DNA of 64,000 nucleotides from Hormiphora californensis (Eukaryota; Animalia; Ctenophora): NCBI GenBank assembly GCA_020137815.1, contig CM035360.1, positions 1,736,001-1,800,000 on the forward strand, read 5' to 3'. The notes under the pieces are model-generated. The model saw nothing but the letters and a program-made list of their open reading frames with translations. It was not told where the DNA came from and made no database searches. Positions 1-12,229 of this stretch are shown piece after piece. Position 1 is the stretch's first letter; each line of letters starts with the position of its first letter. The translations under genes were made by a program, and so were the position numbers.

Positions 1-174
1 AAAAGTCTGAAAATTTAAGACGGTGAACTCTTGAGTTTGGCACATTTAATCCCACAGCAAAGAAGCCCATGTTGAATAGTAATGCTAAATTCAAATATCA
101 AATGATGAGAAAGTATTTTGCGATAAAATCAATTAAACTAATCTTAATGTTAAAGTTAAAAACGTGTTCTTACC

Positions 175-3100
175 CGTGGTAGTGGCATTTCAGCTGAAAC
201 AAAATACGATGTGAATCTATGAAACAAGTAAATCAAATCTGAAGACACCAAGGCCGGGTACAGTTCTGAATATGAAATGCCTTCACTAATTGCAACATCT
301 AATATTCGTGTGGCAATCTTGTAAACGCTCTTTCTTTCTAGTCGTGTGTCTTTCTTTTGGCACGCATTTCCCACTTCTCCTTCTCTCTAATTTGTCCGGC
401 GCTGTCTAAATGTCGGCTTTTACTAGATTGGGTTTAGGGAGGGTGTGAATTTAATTGAGATTTTAAGAGAGAAACAACGGGGGGAACAACCAATCCAGTC
501 TTGAACGAGCATTTCTACAGAACGATGATTTCAGTAACCCTGACTGCTTCTCTCGCTAGTTAAAGTAACGATCTCACTTACCCTAGCTGCCTTTCTCTCA
601 CTAGTTAAAGTAATGATCTCACTTACCCTTGCTGCCTCCTGCCTGTCCAGGGCAGATCTGCGGTAGGCACGGTTATTGAAAAACGCTCGAACAGACTCCA
701 TAACAGCTCACTTCATGTTACCTAGATGCAAACTGCAGATCAAGCTGGGAGTTGAGTATAAGCAGATCAAAAGAAAGGTCTTTACCAAGAGGATCAAATA
801 CTATTTTACTAAATTTAGTAAAGTTTAGCTAAACTAAAACAATAAATTTCCTACTCAGAATTCCATGTGTGTACACTGTTATACATGTGCAGTGTGTTAG
901 GAAGGGGACACATAATCATTGAAGACGAATCATCCAGTGCAGCTCTCAGTAGGGTTATATAGCATCACAAAAAGATGGTCCGACTCTTTGTGTACTGCAC
1001 AATTATCGTTTACTTGCTATCTTGGCAGCAACATGATCATGGTCTAGCAAGAAAGGATCTCTATTTTCCCTGCTGGTGCGGTTTGCTAATGGCTGATAAC
1101 GTTGAGAATAGCAGATACACGCGACTGAGGTTGAGACCACATGGTAGCTCTAAGTCACGTCAGCACGTTTTTTTGCAAAACAAAAGCTAATTTTGGGTTT
1201 TGTGGGCATTTCGGTTGATGATAGAAAGCATGTTGTTAAAGCCAAAATTCAAATTCCATTATGAAATTATGATTATGTGTCAACTGATCTTAGCGCAATC
1301 ACCAGAACTAGGACCGCAAAAGGCCCAACGAAATATTATTTGGTAATTTGGAAACAAAATACAGACGATCTGCTGAGACAACAAAAATATCAAACCTGCA
1401 GTGGTCATGAAACGCTGGGTGGCCAGGAATCAGCTGATGATTGGTATTGAAATATTGAAAGTATAGTGGAGCTTATCAAACTAGAAGTCACTTGAACAAC
1501 AACAAACCTGCGGAATGTGGAGAGGTTCCTGATCCACAAAGGCATCATCCTCTCCATCATTATAATCAATATACTTGTTCTCATCAACCTCAGATGTGGA
1601 GGGAGGTTTCTGTCCTTCCACGTAAAACTTACCCGGGTCTCTCTGACTGATACTGAATCTCCGGAACGACATGTGTAAAACTAGTTGGGGAGACATGTAA
1701 AACTATAGTTTGAGAGATGGAGTGTGGTGCATATAAAGCAAGGGAGATTGTTCTACGATCAATGTAATCACAACAAGAGGTCCATTACAACAAGTAGTAT
1801 TAACCCCCTCGATATAGCTACTGCATCCCTCATCCAATCTTCCGCATACTACAGAGGATGTTCTATAACAATATGCGTTTTCGGAAAATTACTATTGACG
1901 AGAACACAAACCACAAGGGGCATCAGGTATGATGAGAAGTCGCAAAGAAACTTGGACTCAGGGTGAATGTGAATCAATTTCGTCATATAAGCCCTATTAT
2001 AAGGGAAAGGTTTGTGTGCAAACAATAAAAGATACCTTCCGAGTTAGCATTGATTATACGTATAAGTAAGTAATTAAGTTTTTTTTTTTTTTTTTTTTTT
2101 TTGGGTCACTTAGCCACACGCTGAGCAAACCTCATACCACCCGGGTATGGGTAACTATGGCGCTAAGCTCCCCCCTTTCTCGATTTTGATGAAATGGGGG
2201 GAACCTATGGCATCAGTCATAAAGTCTGTCGAGTTGGGATTGTTCTGGAACAAGGTAACGTTTTGCCTTTGAGAGAGTCTTGAATTGGTTTAGTCTGGAA
2301 CAAGGTAACATTTTGCCTTTGAGAGTGTCTTGAGCCTAGTTTGTTCTGGATCAAGGTAACGTTTTGCCTTTGAGGGTGTCTTGAGTTTAGTTTGGTCTGG
2401 AAAAAGGTAACATTTTGCCTCTGCGTGTAACTTGGAGTTGGTCTGGATCGAGGTAACGTTTTGCCTTTGCGAGTGGGTCTGTTGGTGGCGCTATAGCTAG
2501 CTAAAAAACCGTAAATAAAAGTATAAATCAAATCTCTCAATCGCCACGTCCACTTTTCAAACCCAATGCTACATACATAATATCTTTTAAAATATGTACA
2601 CAATAGATGAACAAACAATACTGACAGGTGAACTTACAGCATTTTGATGCATGATTGGTACCGTGATGTTGTTGATGATGAGATGAGTGGTGTGTCCATT
2701 TTCAGTTGAGATAGAGATAACGAAAACGCTCAAACACAAACAAGGGGTTGGGCAGATTGTAGCACCACTAGAGTGTAAAATGTTCTAGAAGACAATTCGG
2801 ATGAGATAGATAAGAACATTTGTTAGTTGTTACACGCGATAAGCGACTTAGTGCACCAAAACACAAGGATTGTCTCTGTAGTGTGGTGTTTTGCAATGTC
2901 CGCTATATTGGGAGAGGTGGGTGGGGGAGGGTGGGCGGGGGTGGGGCGTGGGGCGTGGGGTATTATTGGACAAAAATGTAGCTGTAATTTAGTAATGAGA
3001 CCAGGCCAGGCCCGAGAGACAGTTCAGTGGTAACTGGGAGGTCATGTGTAATGGAAATGAGAACTAGATACAGATTTGAGTTGCATTTTATTGAGGAAAA

Positions 3101-4361
3101 TAGCCCTTTTTGGTGTCTGAGACAAGCAAAAGTGAAACGAAATGCAACGTAACGAACGAGTAATCGTAAGTAATTAAGTTGTTTTGCTGCAGAATGATAC
3201 ACTAACAAACAGGGTTGCAGTTGTCAATGTTTAGGAAGAGTAAATCACTGCAAGTTCATTGATAATGTTGTGCACTACCTGGTATTTGTATTAGGACTTC
3301 AAGAAAGGACCTAGAGTACTACTGATAACATAATGATGTTGACTGTTGAGATGGGAACCGAAAATAGAAACAGAAGCAAAAATGAGCGGTCGGTTTAGAA
3401 GCTCAGACATTCAATTCCGTTCATTTGTATTATTCAGCATAATATCTCTCTTCCTCTATCTCGGCCTCTATTAGATCTCTCCCTCTCCTGTCTCTCTCTC
3501 TCCCTCTTTCTCTCTCTGTCCGAGACAAATCAGGTAAGCCGTAAGAGAGTTTATGAATAATGGATCCGGTGATTAGGTGGATTAGGACACACACACACGT
3601 CCATATTATAGTAATAAAATACGATGATCGCATAGCTCGCCGACGTATAATTAATATATTGGAACAACTATCGATCTGTACTTATGTTTGCGGGAAGAGA
3701 ATGTCATTAGGTAGGATGATAATTGTACAGTCTGGTGTGGTGCTATTAGGGGACACAAAACCACAATGTACCTACAGGGATACCACAATACCATATATGT
3801 GCCAAGAGGTAAGAATTGTAGAAGCGGGCACAATCCTAAACGTCAGTCTACTACTCTACTTTATGTACATAAGTGATAGTAAATCGGTCTATCAAAGAGA
3901 CATAATGATCTTGACTATTGTGGTTACTGGGTGGGAATGTAACAGTACCTTTGATTTCTTTTTTATCTTGTTGTTGTTGTCTTGAAGAAAATTCGAAAAG
4001 GAAAGCGATCCTTTTCTTCCATCCTTAGCTTTACCTGACGCAGAGCCCTCCTAAAATATGATGACGTGGTTATTGATGTGAGTATTGGGATATGATTCGA
4101 TGGTTATATATGGTCAAAATACACTCAAACCTCGATTTACCGGGCAGATAAGCATACCTGTCCGGTAAATCGATGCTTGATTCGATGCAGGTAACTCGAG
4201 GTTTGACCCCGGTTTGACTGTATAATTATGATTACCTCAGAGCTAGTTGATGTTCTGACCCCATTTTCACTGGATCCGGGTGCTGGGTCTGGAGGGTATT
4301 CCTTGTCTGGATCCGTGCTAAAGGACACCCTGCTCTGGATCTTCTTTAATATCCGTACCAT
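175..4361 (-). CDS. Possible fragments of a multi-exon gene of unknown function; model unresolved
   Basis: Open segments ending in good donors: 4361-4236 (MVRILKK...STSSE|gtaatc), ~1672-1508 (MSFRRF...HIPQ|gtttgt), ~706-626 (AVMESVRAFF...QEAAR|gtaagt), 387-175 (...EMPLPR|gtaaga). Phases could not be joined consistently and no family was recognised. Confidence 0.25.
2079..2175 (-). mobile_element. Probable 3' end of a retroposed element (poly-A tail on minus strand)
   Basis: T-run at 2079-2102 abutting a GC-richer segment; no ORF or TSD identified. Confidence 0.3.
2240..2470. repeat. Minisatellite, ~51-bp unit, ~5 copies
   Basis: ctggaacaaggtaacgttttgcctttgag-like core recurs at ~2244, 2295, 2346, 2397 and 2443. 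Confidence 0.9.
4120..4222. mobile_element. Tc1/mariner(pogo)-like MITE
   Basis: TA-flanked ends tacactcaaacctcgattta / tcgaggtttga...gactgta; same family as 56091-56163 and partial copies near 15.26, 22.32, 24.11, 57.01 and 59.27 kb. Confidence 0.65.
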
Positions 4362-5755
4362 GTTATTTGAAGTGATACGTGCAGTGGAAGTGTGTTATCG
4401 GTTTATCATGCTAATTGGAGAAGTGTTAATTGATGTTAATTGATGTTAATTGATGTTAATTGGTGTTGATAATGATATTATAATAGCAAGGGTTTTTTAA
4501 GAACAATGGTTACGCAGCCAAAACAATGGTCCGCAATTCGGGTTAAAAGATCGCAATGAAAATCAACAGAAGAAGAGTTTGGCAGCGCACACAGATAAGT
4601 GTCGACAAATTAAGGCATCTTGCGGTTACACCTTGTTGTTACTCAACAAGTTACACCCAAACTCTGGGAAATAAATTTTGTTTTGACAAACTGGCGTACT
4701 AATTACCTAGACACAAGTACAGTTTATAGTAAATATATACAAGTAAATAGTACTCACGTAAATAGTACTGAAGTATAAATAACATAAATCACACGGCAAA
4801 CGTTATACACTATGCCGTGATTCATTGGTTAGAGGGTTAGCTGCAATGTACTACAAGGAATTGTACTACGCATTTAATATGTCTAATTGGGGTTCTTTTG
4901 GCTAAGCCTGGTATACCTACCTAATTACATGTATTTATCCTTACTACACTACATTACCGAGACTGCAATTTATAATGCCCCCTAAATCCTAATACACCAC
5001 TAATACCAAAACACTCCCAAGAAATGAACTGGCATAGATGAACGGAGGATGAACAAAAAGGAACAATTTAATAGATAGAGAGGATAACTAGGGAAGGAGA
5101 GAGAGGGGGGAACTGGTCTAATGAGTCATTATACCAATCATTCACACTCTCAGTAGTACATACACACACGTCACACTTCACACCCTGCCTATACCATTCC
5201 TACACACCCTACCATTCTCCACTGGACATTATAAGCCTAGCATCATTGCAGGGCCAAAACGATTTATGGAAAGATTATATTTGTTTCAAATTCTGAGGAG
5301 GCAGACAAATTTAGATAATTTGAAACCGCTAATGTCTAATCTTGTAATGGAAACCAATAATACACCTACAATCGGCTACATAGTTATACAGAATAATATT
5401 ATGGGGTATATATTATTTTATAGTAACCGCACACGTATACATGCATACAAACAAACGCAAACGCAAATTTAGAAAATTAGCCGATTTTGAGATGGAAAAT
5501 GCGAGCTTTAGAGAAAAGTTCATCAGAACGAGCAATGAGATTGCCAACAACTGTATTATGTGAAATACACGCAACAGCATAGCCCGGCATAATTGACCTA
5601 GATGCAATTAAAACGAATCAGGAATTAAAAAAACTAAACACAACTATCACAATTATATACGACATTATAGTTCAGTTTAAATATACAGTTATGGCAGTAT
5701 TCCCGATGATGTATCTTGTGTACCCGTGCTAAGGACCTCCCGGAAGGTATTACCG

Positions 5756-5857
<102 letters not shown>

Positions 5858-5997
5858 TACTACATGTAAGATCGGTTTTATAAATAATCATGTATAGAAC
5901 ACTTGAGTACATCTTCAAGATCTTACATTTACCCCATTGACTGTTATAGGACTCCCACGGCAGAACTTGAGAGACTGAAGATAATGGTTTAGCGATG

Positions 5998-6043
<46 letters not shown>

Positions 6044-6384
6044 AAGAGAGGGGAGGGGGATAGAGAGAAAAGGAGAGGAGCTACTGTTGTAGAGATGGTG
6101 TAGAGATGGTAAAGATCATCGGTGAGCGCTGACTACAGAGTGTGCCCTTACGACAGAGAGTTCGGTACGTATTATAGAGACAGCTGTAGAGAGGGTTATC
6201 TAAGAGATGCAAGATCTCAGCTTCAGTATGTGTGCTTAAACTGCTTCTTGTAGAAGTAGTAATTACATACATTAGGGGTAAACAAGAAGGGTACTCATGT
6301 CGAGTCAAGGAAGTTTTCTAATTTCCCAAGACGAATATAATGTGCCTTTCACCAGAGCTGTATAAAGGCTCTCTTTTCGTCCAC

Positions 6385-7383
6385 AATGGAATTTTAACGA
6401 AAGTTTGTTGTGCGTTCGGTCAGCCAGCGGTGAGAGAGGGAGAGCTCAGAGCAGTACGTTGTGAATTTATGTAACATTGTAACAATTGCAACAAGGAAGC
6501 AAGAAGGATCGTAGCCAGAGAGTTTTCATTAGAATCTTTCTGAGCTATCTAAGAGATGCAAAATAAGCTTCAGTACATGTGTGCTTCTTGTAGTAGTAGT
6601 AGTTACATACATTAGGGGTAAACAAGAAGGGTACTAGTCGATTCACTGTCTGGCGCCGCGACCCATCTGAGCGCACTGTTGAGAATCAAATGGGGTATGG
6701 CGCCGCTCATACAGTCGATTCAAGGAAGTTTTCTAGTTTTCAAAAAAAGGAATATAATGTGGCTGTCACCAGATAATAACTGTATAAATGCTCTGTTTTT
6801 CCCTGCCCGGGTGAATGCCAAAGGCATTCACCCGGATGCCTTTTTGCTTTGCCTTTTTTTGCAAAAAGGCATATAAGCAGGGTTAGAATTCAAAAATTGA
6901 CATATTTGAATACTAACTAAATTAGTAGAGAGATAAAAAGTTGTCCACCGCTACCTGCTACGCAACTGCTCCTTCATAAACCACTTCATTGACATGTTTT
7001 CATGAAGATGCTACTAAAACACAAGAATTTGTTTTATACTGTTTGTATGCCGAATTATCTATCTACTTTAGGCCATGGCCATGATATCTTTTCTTCATAT
7101 GGCAGGGAAATTCAGCGTTATGTTACACGGGGGATTACGGGGGCTCGAATAGATTGTGGTGAAAGTGTGGTGAAAGTGTGGTGAAACGTAATGCGCAAAG
7201 CAAATGTACGGGCGACTGGTACGGGCGATTGGTACGGGCGTCTCATCCGGGCCCCCGTAATCCGCTGCCTAAGAACATATGAGTATAATGCAAATAATCT
7301 TGTTATCTCCCACAACGGAATTTTAACGAAAGTTTGTTGTGCGTTCGGTGACAATAGGAGACAATCGACTTTAGTCAGCCAGC

Positions 7384-7423
<40 letters not shown>

Positions 7424-7551
7424 CGAGAGAGAGCGAGAGAGAGAGAGAGGGAAATGGAGAGCAGTACGTTGTGAATTTATGTAACATTGTAACAATTGCA
7501 ACAAGGAAGCAAGAAGGATCGTAGCCAGAGAGTTTTCATTATAATCTTTCT
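6385..7551. repeat. Local dispersed duplication mosaic
   Basis: 6385-6542 is repeated at 7312-7551 (ggaattttaacgaaagtttgttgtgcgttcggt...gttttcatta); 6198-6298 is repeated at 6546-6635. Confidence 0.8.
6796..7305 (+). mobile_element. Helentron-associated (HINE/DINE-like) non-autonomous element with a nested MITE
   Basis: 5' tttccctgcccgggtgaa, inverted subTIR ggcagggaaa at ~7101 and 3' end tataatgcaaataatcttgtta; a related copy with the same ends lies at 17691-17990. Nested inverted-repeat insert ggattacgggggc...gcccccgtaatcc at ~7131-7263. Confidence 0.5.
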
Positions 7552-8015
7552 GACAATCACAGATACCGGAAAGATTCACGGAAGTCGTATATTAATGCAA
7601 TGGTCAAGTCATATAATAAGAGGGAAGCTGAGAATGATACATGAAGGACAATTAGGACATGCATGGTAGTTGGGGTGTGAATTGTTAATCAAGTGATGAA
7701 CAGTAAGATGGTTGTGTGAATTAACACAAAGCTGCGAGACACATTAACCACAAAGAGGTCACGAGATTATACTTTCAGGGCCCACACTTTCGCCTTCCAA
7801 CAATGGTATTCATATTGTACAATGTCGGTTAAGATGATGATTAGCAAATATCGGGGCGCCGTTAACTCTGAATTTATAGCTAGCTTTGATGATATAGACA
7901 CATGTGAGCTCTTAAGTGTAAAACAATGCTTGAAAAACACAACACAGCTGCTGTACACGTCAGTTGATGGTACAGACCAACAGAACGATACTTTCATCTG
8001 GAGGTTCTTTCCATC

Positions 8016-8018
<3 letters not shown>

Positions 8019-8112
<94 letters not shown>

Positions 8113-8113
8113 C

Positions 8114-8187
<74 letters not shown>

Positions 8188-8201
8188 CTCTCCCTCTCTC
8201 C

Positions 8202-8289
<88 letters not shown>
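8019..8289. repeat. (CT)n microsatellite
   Basis: About 270 bp CT tract; the source of the spurious Ser-Leu ORFs. Confidence 0.95.
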
Positions 8290-8291
<2 letters not shown>

Positions 8292-9480
8292 TATGTATAT
8301 CGAACTACCTTTCTTTATTTCTTCATTCTTCCCAATCTCTCACCTGTTGGGTGCAAAGATCAAATCTCATTACGATTGTCTTATTATGATGTACATGTGG
8401 ACTGAGATTGAACACAAGAAGAGGGCACACCATCATCCCCTATCCTCTCTCTTTTTACCCCCATCCTCTCTCTCTCTCTTTTATCCCCATCTTTTCTCTT
8501 TTTCATCCCAACTATTTCTCCCTCCACCTTTCTATCTTTATTCTTTACAATCCTCTACATATTTCTGATATTATTCTCTCAAACGAAGGGGACTTTATAC
8601 CCAATAATATGTCAGTTCATTGTCATGATATTGGTAGGTCAATAGGCGCCAATAAACACGATTTGATCATAATACGTTATATTCTGTCAACGAATATACT
8701 GAATCGCTTGACTATTTTTTGAGTCTCAGTACATGATACAGTGTTGATTGGACAATGGGCAGCAAGTGTTGATTGGAAAAGAAGTCTCTCTTGAGAGACT
8801 TAGCTAACTAACAGTAATGCCAAGTTTTAACTTCAAAACATAAGCATGAAGCCTGACAATACTCACTATATAATTCACGCCCAAGAATTATTCCGCATCT
8901 TAATTCACCATGGCAACCAACCAAATGTGAATTTTACGAAGGGCATGCGACATATCTGACATAATATAGGAGTGCTGCAGGATGAGTCTTCTGCATAAAG
9001 TACGGAGTTGGCAAATTATCTAATACTATTACGACATGGCTCTATTTATATTCTCCGGGTTTGGTGTGACGCTTTGGTCATTTGATAGGCTGCATTAGCA
9101 CATCTTATCATCGTTATATGACACAGTTTTGGGTCAAGTGATCTCAATCATGTTGCAGGCTTCTCTTCGGGTGTGGCGGCCTTGTTTTGCTGGGACCCTA
9201 TATATAATATGTGGATTCTATATTTTGTTATGCAGGGTAATACTGTGGTATTTTTGCAGAGAGCTATCTAGGTTTGTGCAGTAGACTCCACGCTGAAATG
9301 AGATTACTTGCTGCGTAAAGTTAATCGTATCACCCCAACTGGGCCTCCGGGTTAGATCAATTTAGAACAACTTATTTCTCCGTTGCTTTGCTTACCCTTT
9401 GCTCCATTCCTTTTTTTTTCGTCTGCAGTGAAATTTGTTTGTTTTTGATAGATCTAATTTACTGTCCACCTAGGAAGAGA

Positions 9481-10659
9481 ATGGTGCGTCCGTTCGCCAC
9501 TCTGTTCCTGGTTTTATGTGCCCTAATCGGCAGTACAACTGGCGTGGAGAGTGATATTGTGATTGTACCGACCAGCAACGAATGGAAACTAATTCCCACT
9601 GCTAATGAGGAATACATTGATTTTCCAATCCAGAATTACATCTTGGAGGTGAAAGGAACGAAGCCTGAGAATGTTGACAGAGATCCAGTGTATGAAGATG
9701 GGAAATTTACTCCGAAGGAACACACTAAAATTGTTCGTCTCCGAACCCCGTACGATGTGGATCGTAACGGTAAAAGTGGTGATGACCTTGGTTTTATCGC
9801 CTGGAACCCCATTCACTACACGAAAGGATTTGATGTGTTCATTCGAGTTTTGTCACCAGAATGCGAAAAGTTACCGAGAGGAGCCATGCGATGGGGCATC
9901 AGAGCAGATTTGGGCGTGGGACTTCCAACAAGACCGAGTATCCCTTTCATGTAACGGAATCCTTAGAATACTGAAATTATCTACGCGTATGGAGAGTATA
10001 CCACCAATGAATACGGAGATTGCAACCTTTTCGGATCGAAAAAGATAAACCAAATCGATTTCCGGCACCTGGAGGGCTGGTATTACCGGGGAGTTGAGAA
10101 GACCATCCCCTTCGTTACCTCTGCAGCTCCCTTCGCCACTTCCACCCCCAGGGTCCCCGATGAGCCCCGAATGTGTGACTGTTGGAACGCTCGGTGTGGG
10201 TGGTGTACCAACCTGGATTGTGCAGTAAAGTACGAGTTTGCTGATGCCGAGGATGGAATCACCATTATCTCCCGACTGTGGTGGAGGAGAACCAACAACA
10301 TTGTGCTGTACAACCCGGACGGAGTGAAGATTGGGGAGATATCCTTCAGTAGACGGGCTGTCTTCCTGGAGGGGTGTGTCAAGTGTGGCATGAAGAGAAG
10401 GGTTCCCTTTACCAAGGGTGAGCTGAGTGAGTGGACTGTGTCACTGTTTGAGGGAGTGTTGAAGGTATCAGTTGAGGGAGTGGAGGTGGTCAACACCAAA
10501 CTAATCGGGGAGTGTAAGGAGGTATATGCCGAGATTTCCTACATTGCCTTTTCCAGGTCTACCTGCGAGGGCCAGTTCCTCGCAACACCTGACATGGAGT
10601 TCGGGAAACATCTTAGAGATGGAACTTGTGATGGAAAATGTGAACCCCTGGACTTGTAG
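9481..10659 (+). CDS. Secreted Cys-rich protein, paralog A (intronless; three apparent +1 insertions)
   Basis: Signal peptide MVRPFATLFLVLCALIGSTTG; collinear with 11036-12229 (e.g. LEVKGTKPENVDRDP, RLRTPYDV, DLGFIAWNP, IDFRHL.GWYYRG, CDCWN..CGWC, SRLWW.RTNNI). Removing one base each at ~9843, ~9964 and 9972 restores one ORF matching the paralog. Confidence 0.85.
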
Positions 10660-11035
10660 ATCGATTATACACTCCTGTTAAAGACATTAGATATTCCTGA
10701 TTTCGAAAGGAACCAATATAGACATTTCATTAGACATAGAAACTGCGTTTGAGTTCTAATATTGGATGATTGATCCCGTAGGATGATCTCATGTTGATCA
10801 CTAAACACTTCAAAAACTAAAATAGCTTTTTAATTTTATAGAGAATAATATACAGTTGGAATTACAGTAAAATAAAAATGAGTCTTTGTATAAAATAAGC
10901 AGTTCATCTTCGACTTCTTATACCAGTTTTTTAGCAAAGACACTGTTTGGGATTAACAAGTTCTTATTTTCCGATTGTCGATGCAGTCAGTTCATTCCAG
11001 CTTTTTACTTCCTATCTAAAACAGGAACATCACCT

Positions 11036-12229
11036 CTAAGCAGCATCACAAGATCCACTACAGTTAGTTCTCTTCAGCATCTCCCCCACCTCCATTCCCT
11101 CCTTCATGTATACTGTACCCTCACAGGAGGACCTTGCAAAAGCGAAATACGCGATATCAGCATAGGCCTTCTTGCACTCCCCAATTAGATCGTGATGGGA
11201 TACCAGCCGGTCTCCAGTTACAATTTTTAGGCTAGCGTTGGCAAGGGAAAATGTCCAATCATCTAGTTCTTTGGGAGTAAATGGGACCCTCGCCATCACT
11301 CTGCACTTGACACATCCAACAAGGAAGACAGCCTTCCGACTCCAATTGATCTCTCCGACCTTGACGCCGGCGGAGTTGAAAAGGATAATGTTGTTGGTCC
11401 TCTTCCACCACAGCCGAGAGTTGACCGTGATTCCATCCCTGTCCTCGGACACCTTCCACTTAATGGCACACTCCAACTTTGTACACCACCCGCACTCTAC
11501 ATTCCAGCAGTCGCACGTGCGTCTCACCATTACTGGTTCCGTGGGTATCTCAGTGATGGGACTGGTGAGCCTGTTGTAGCTGACACTGACTTGGTTGTGG
11601 GGAGTTACAAACGGTGACGCCTTCTCGATACCCCGATAATACCAGCCCTTCAGGTGCCGGAAGTCAATTTTGTCAATCTTTTTCCTACCGAAAAGGGAGC
11701 AGTCTCCGAGTTTATTGGTTGTGAACTCTCCATACTCGTAGATTATTTCGTATTCCAGAATCCTGTTACAGGATAGAGATACTCGATCAGGTTGGAAATT
11801 CCACGACCAAATCTGTTCCGTCGCTCCGTCGCATGGCTCCTCCCGGTAACTCTTGTAATTCTGATGACAAAACTCAATGAAAACGTCGAATCCTTTCACG
11901 TAATGGACTGGATTCCAGGCAATGAAGCCAAGGTCATCGTCACCTTTGCCGTTTTTATTAACATCGTAAGGGGTTCGGAGTCGGACCAGCTTGGTGTGTT
12001 CCTTTGGAGTGAACCCCCCGTTTTCATACAACGGATCCCTGTCAACATTTTCTGGCTTCGTTCCCTTGACCTCCAAGATAAAATCCTGAATTGGAAAGTT
12101 GATATACTCCTCATAACCAGTGGGGATTAGTTTCCATTCTCTACTCGTCGGTACAATCTCAATTTCACTCTCCACACCATACACTGCTCTGAGGGCGACC
12201 AACAGGACTATTTCTAGCATCATGATCAT
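11036..12229 (-). CDS. Secreted Cys-rich protein, paralog B, 397 aa, intronless
   Basis: Intact ORF with a hydrophobic N-terminus, two beta-rich modules separated by a T/P linker, Cys-rich C-half and no TM anchor; acceptor tttcag|gaag immediately before the ATG. Confidence 0.9.
   Translation of the reverse strand: MIMMLEIVLLVALRAVYGVESEIEIVPTSREWKLIPTGYEEYINFPIQDFILEVKGTKPENVDRDPLYENGGFTPKEHTKLVRLRTPYDVNKNGKGDDDLGFIAWNPVHYVKGFDVFIEFCHQNYKSYREEPCDGATEQIWSWNFQPDRVSLSCNRILEYEIIYEYGEFTTNKLGDCSLFGRKKIDKIDFRHLKGWYYRGIEKASPFVTPHNQVSVSYNRLTSPITEIPTEPVMVRRTCDCWNVECGWCTKLECAIKWKVSEDRDGITVNSRLWWKRTNNIILFNSAGVKVGEINWSRKAVFLVGCVKCRVMARVPFTPKELDDWTFSLANASLKIVTGDRLVSHHDLIGECKKAYADIAYFAFARSSCEGTVYMKEGMEVGEMLKRTNCSGSCDAA

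Noticed and set aside
7822-8568. Long Ser-Leu / Glu-Arg ORFs (also 23082-23669, 25108-25477, 47982-48326)
   Set aside because: Translations of (CT)n/(GA)n microsatellites that lack stop codons.
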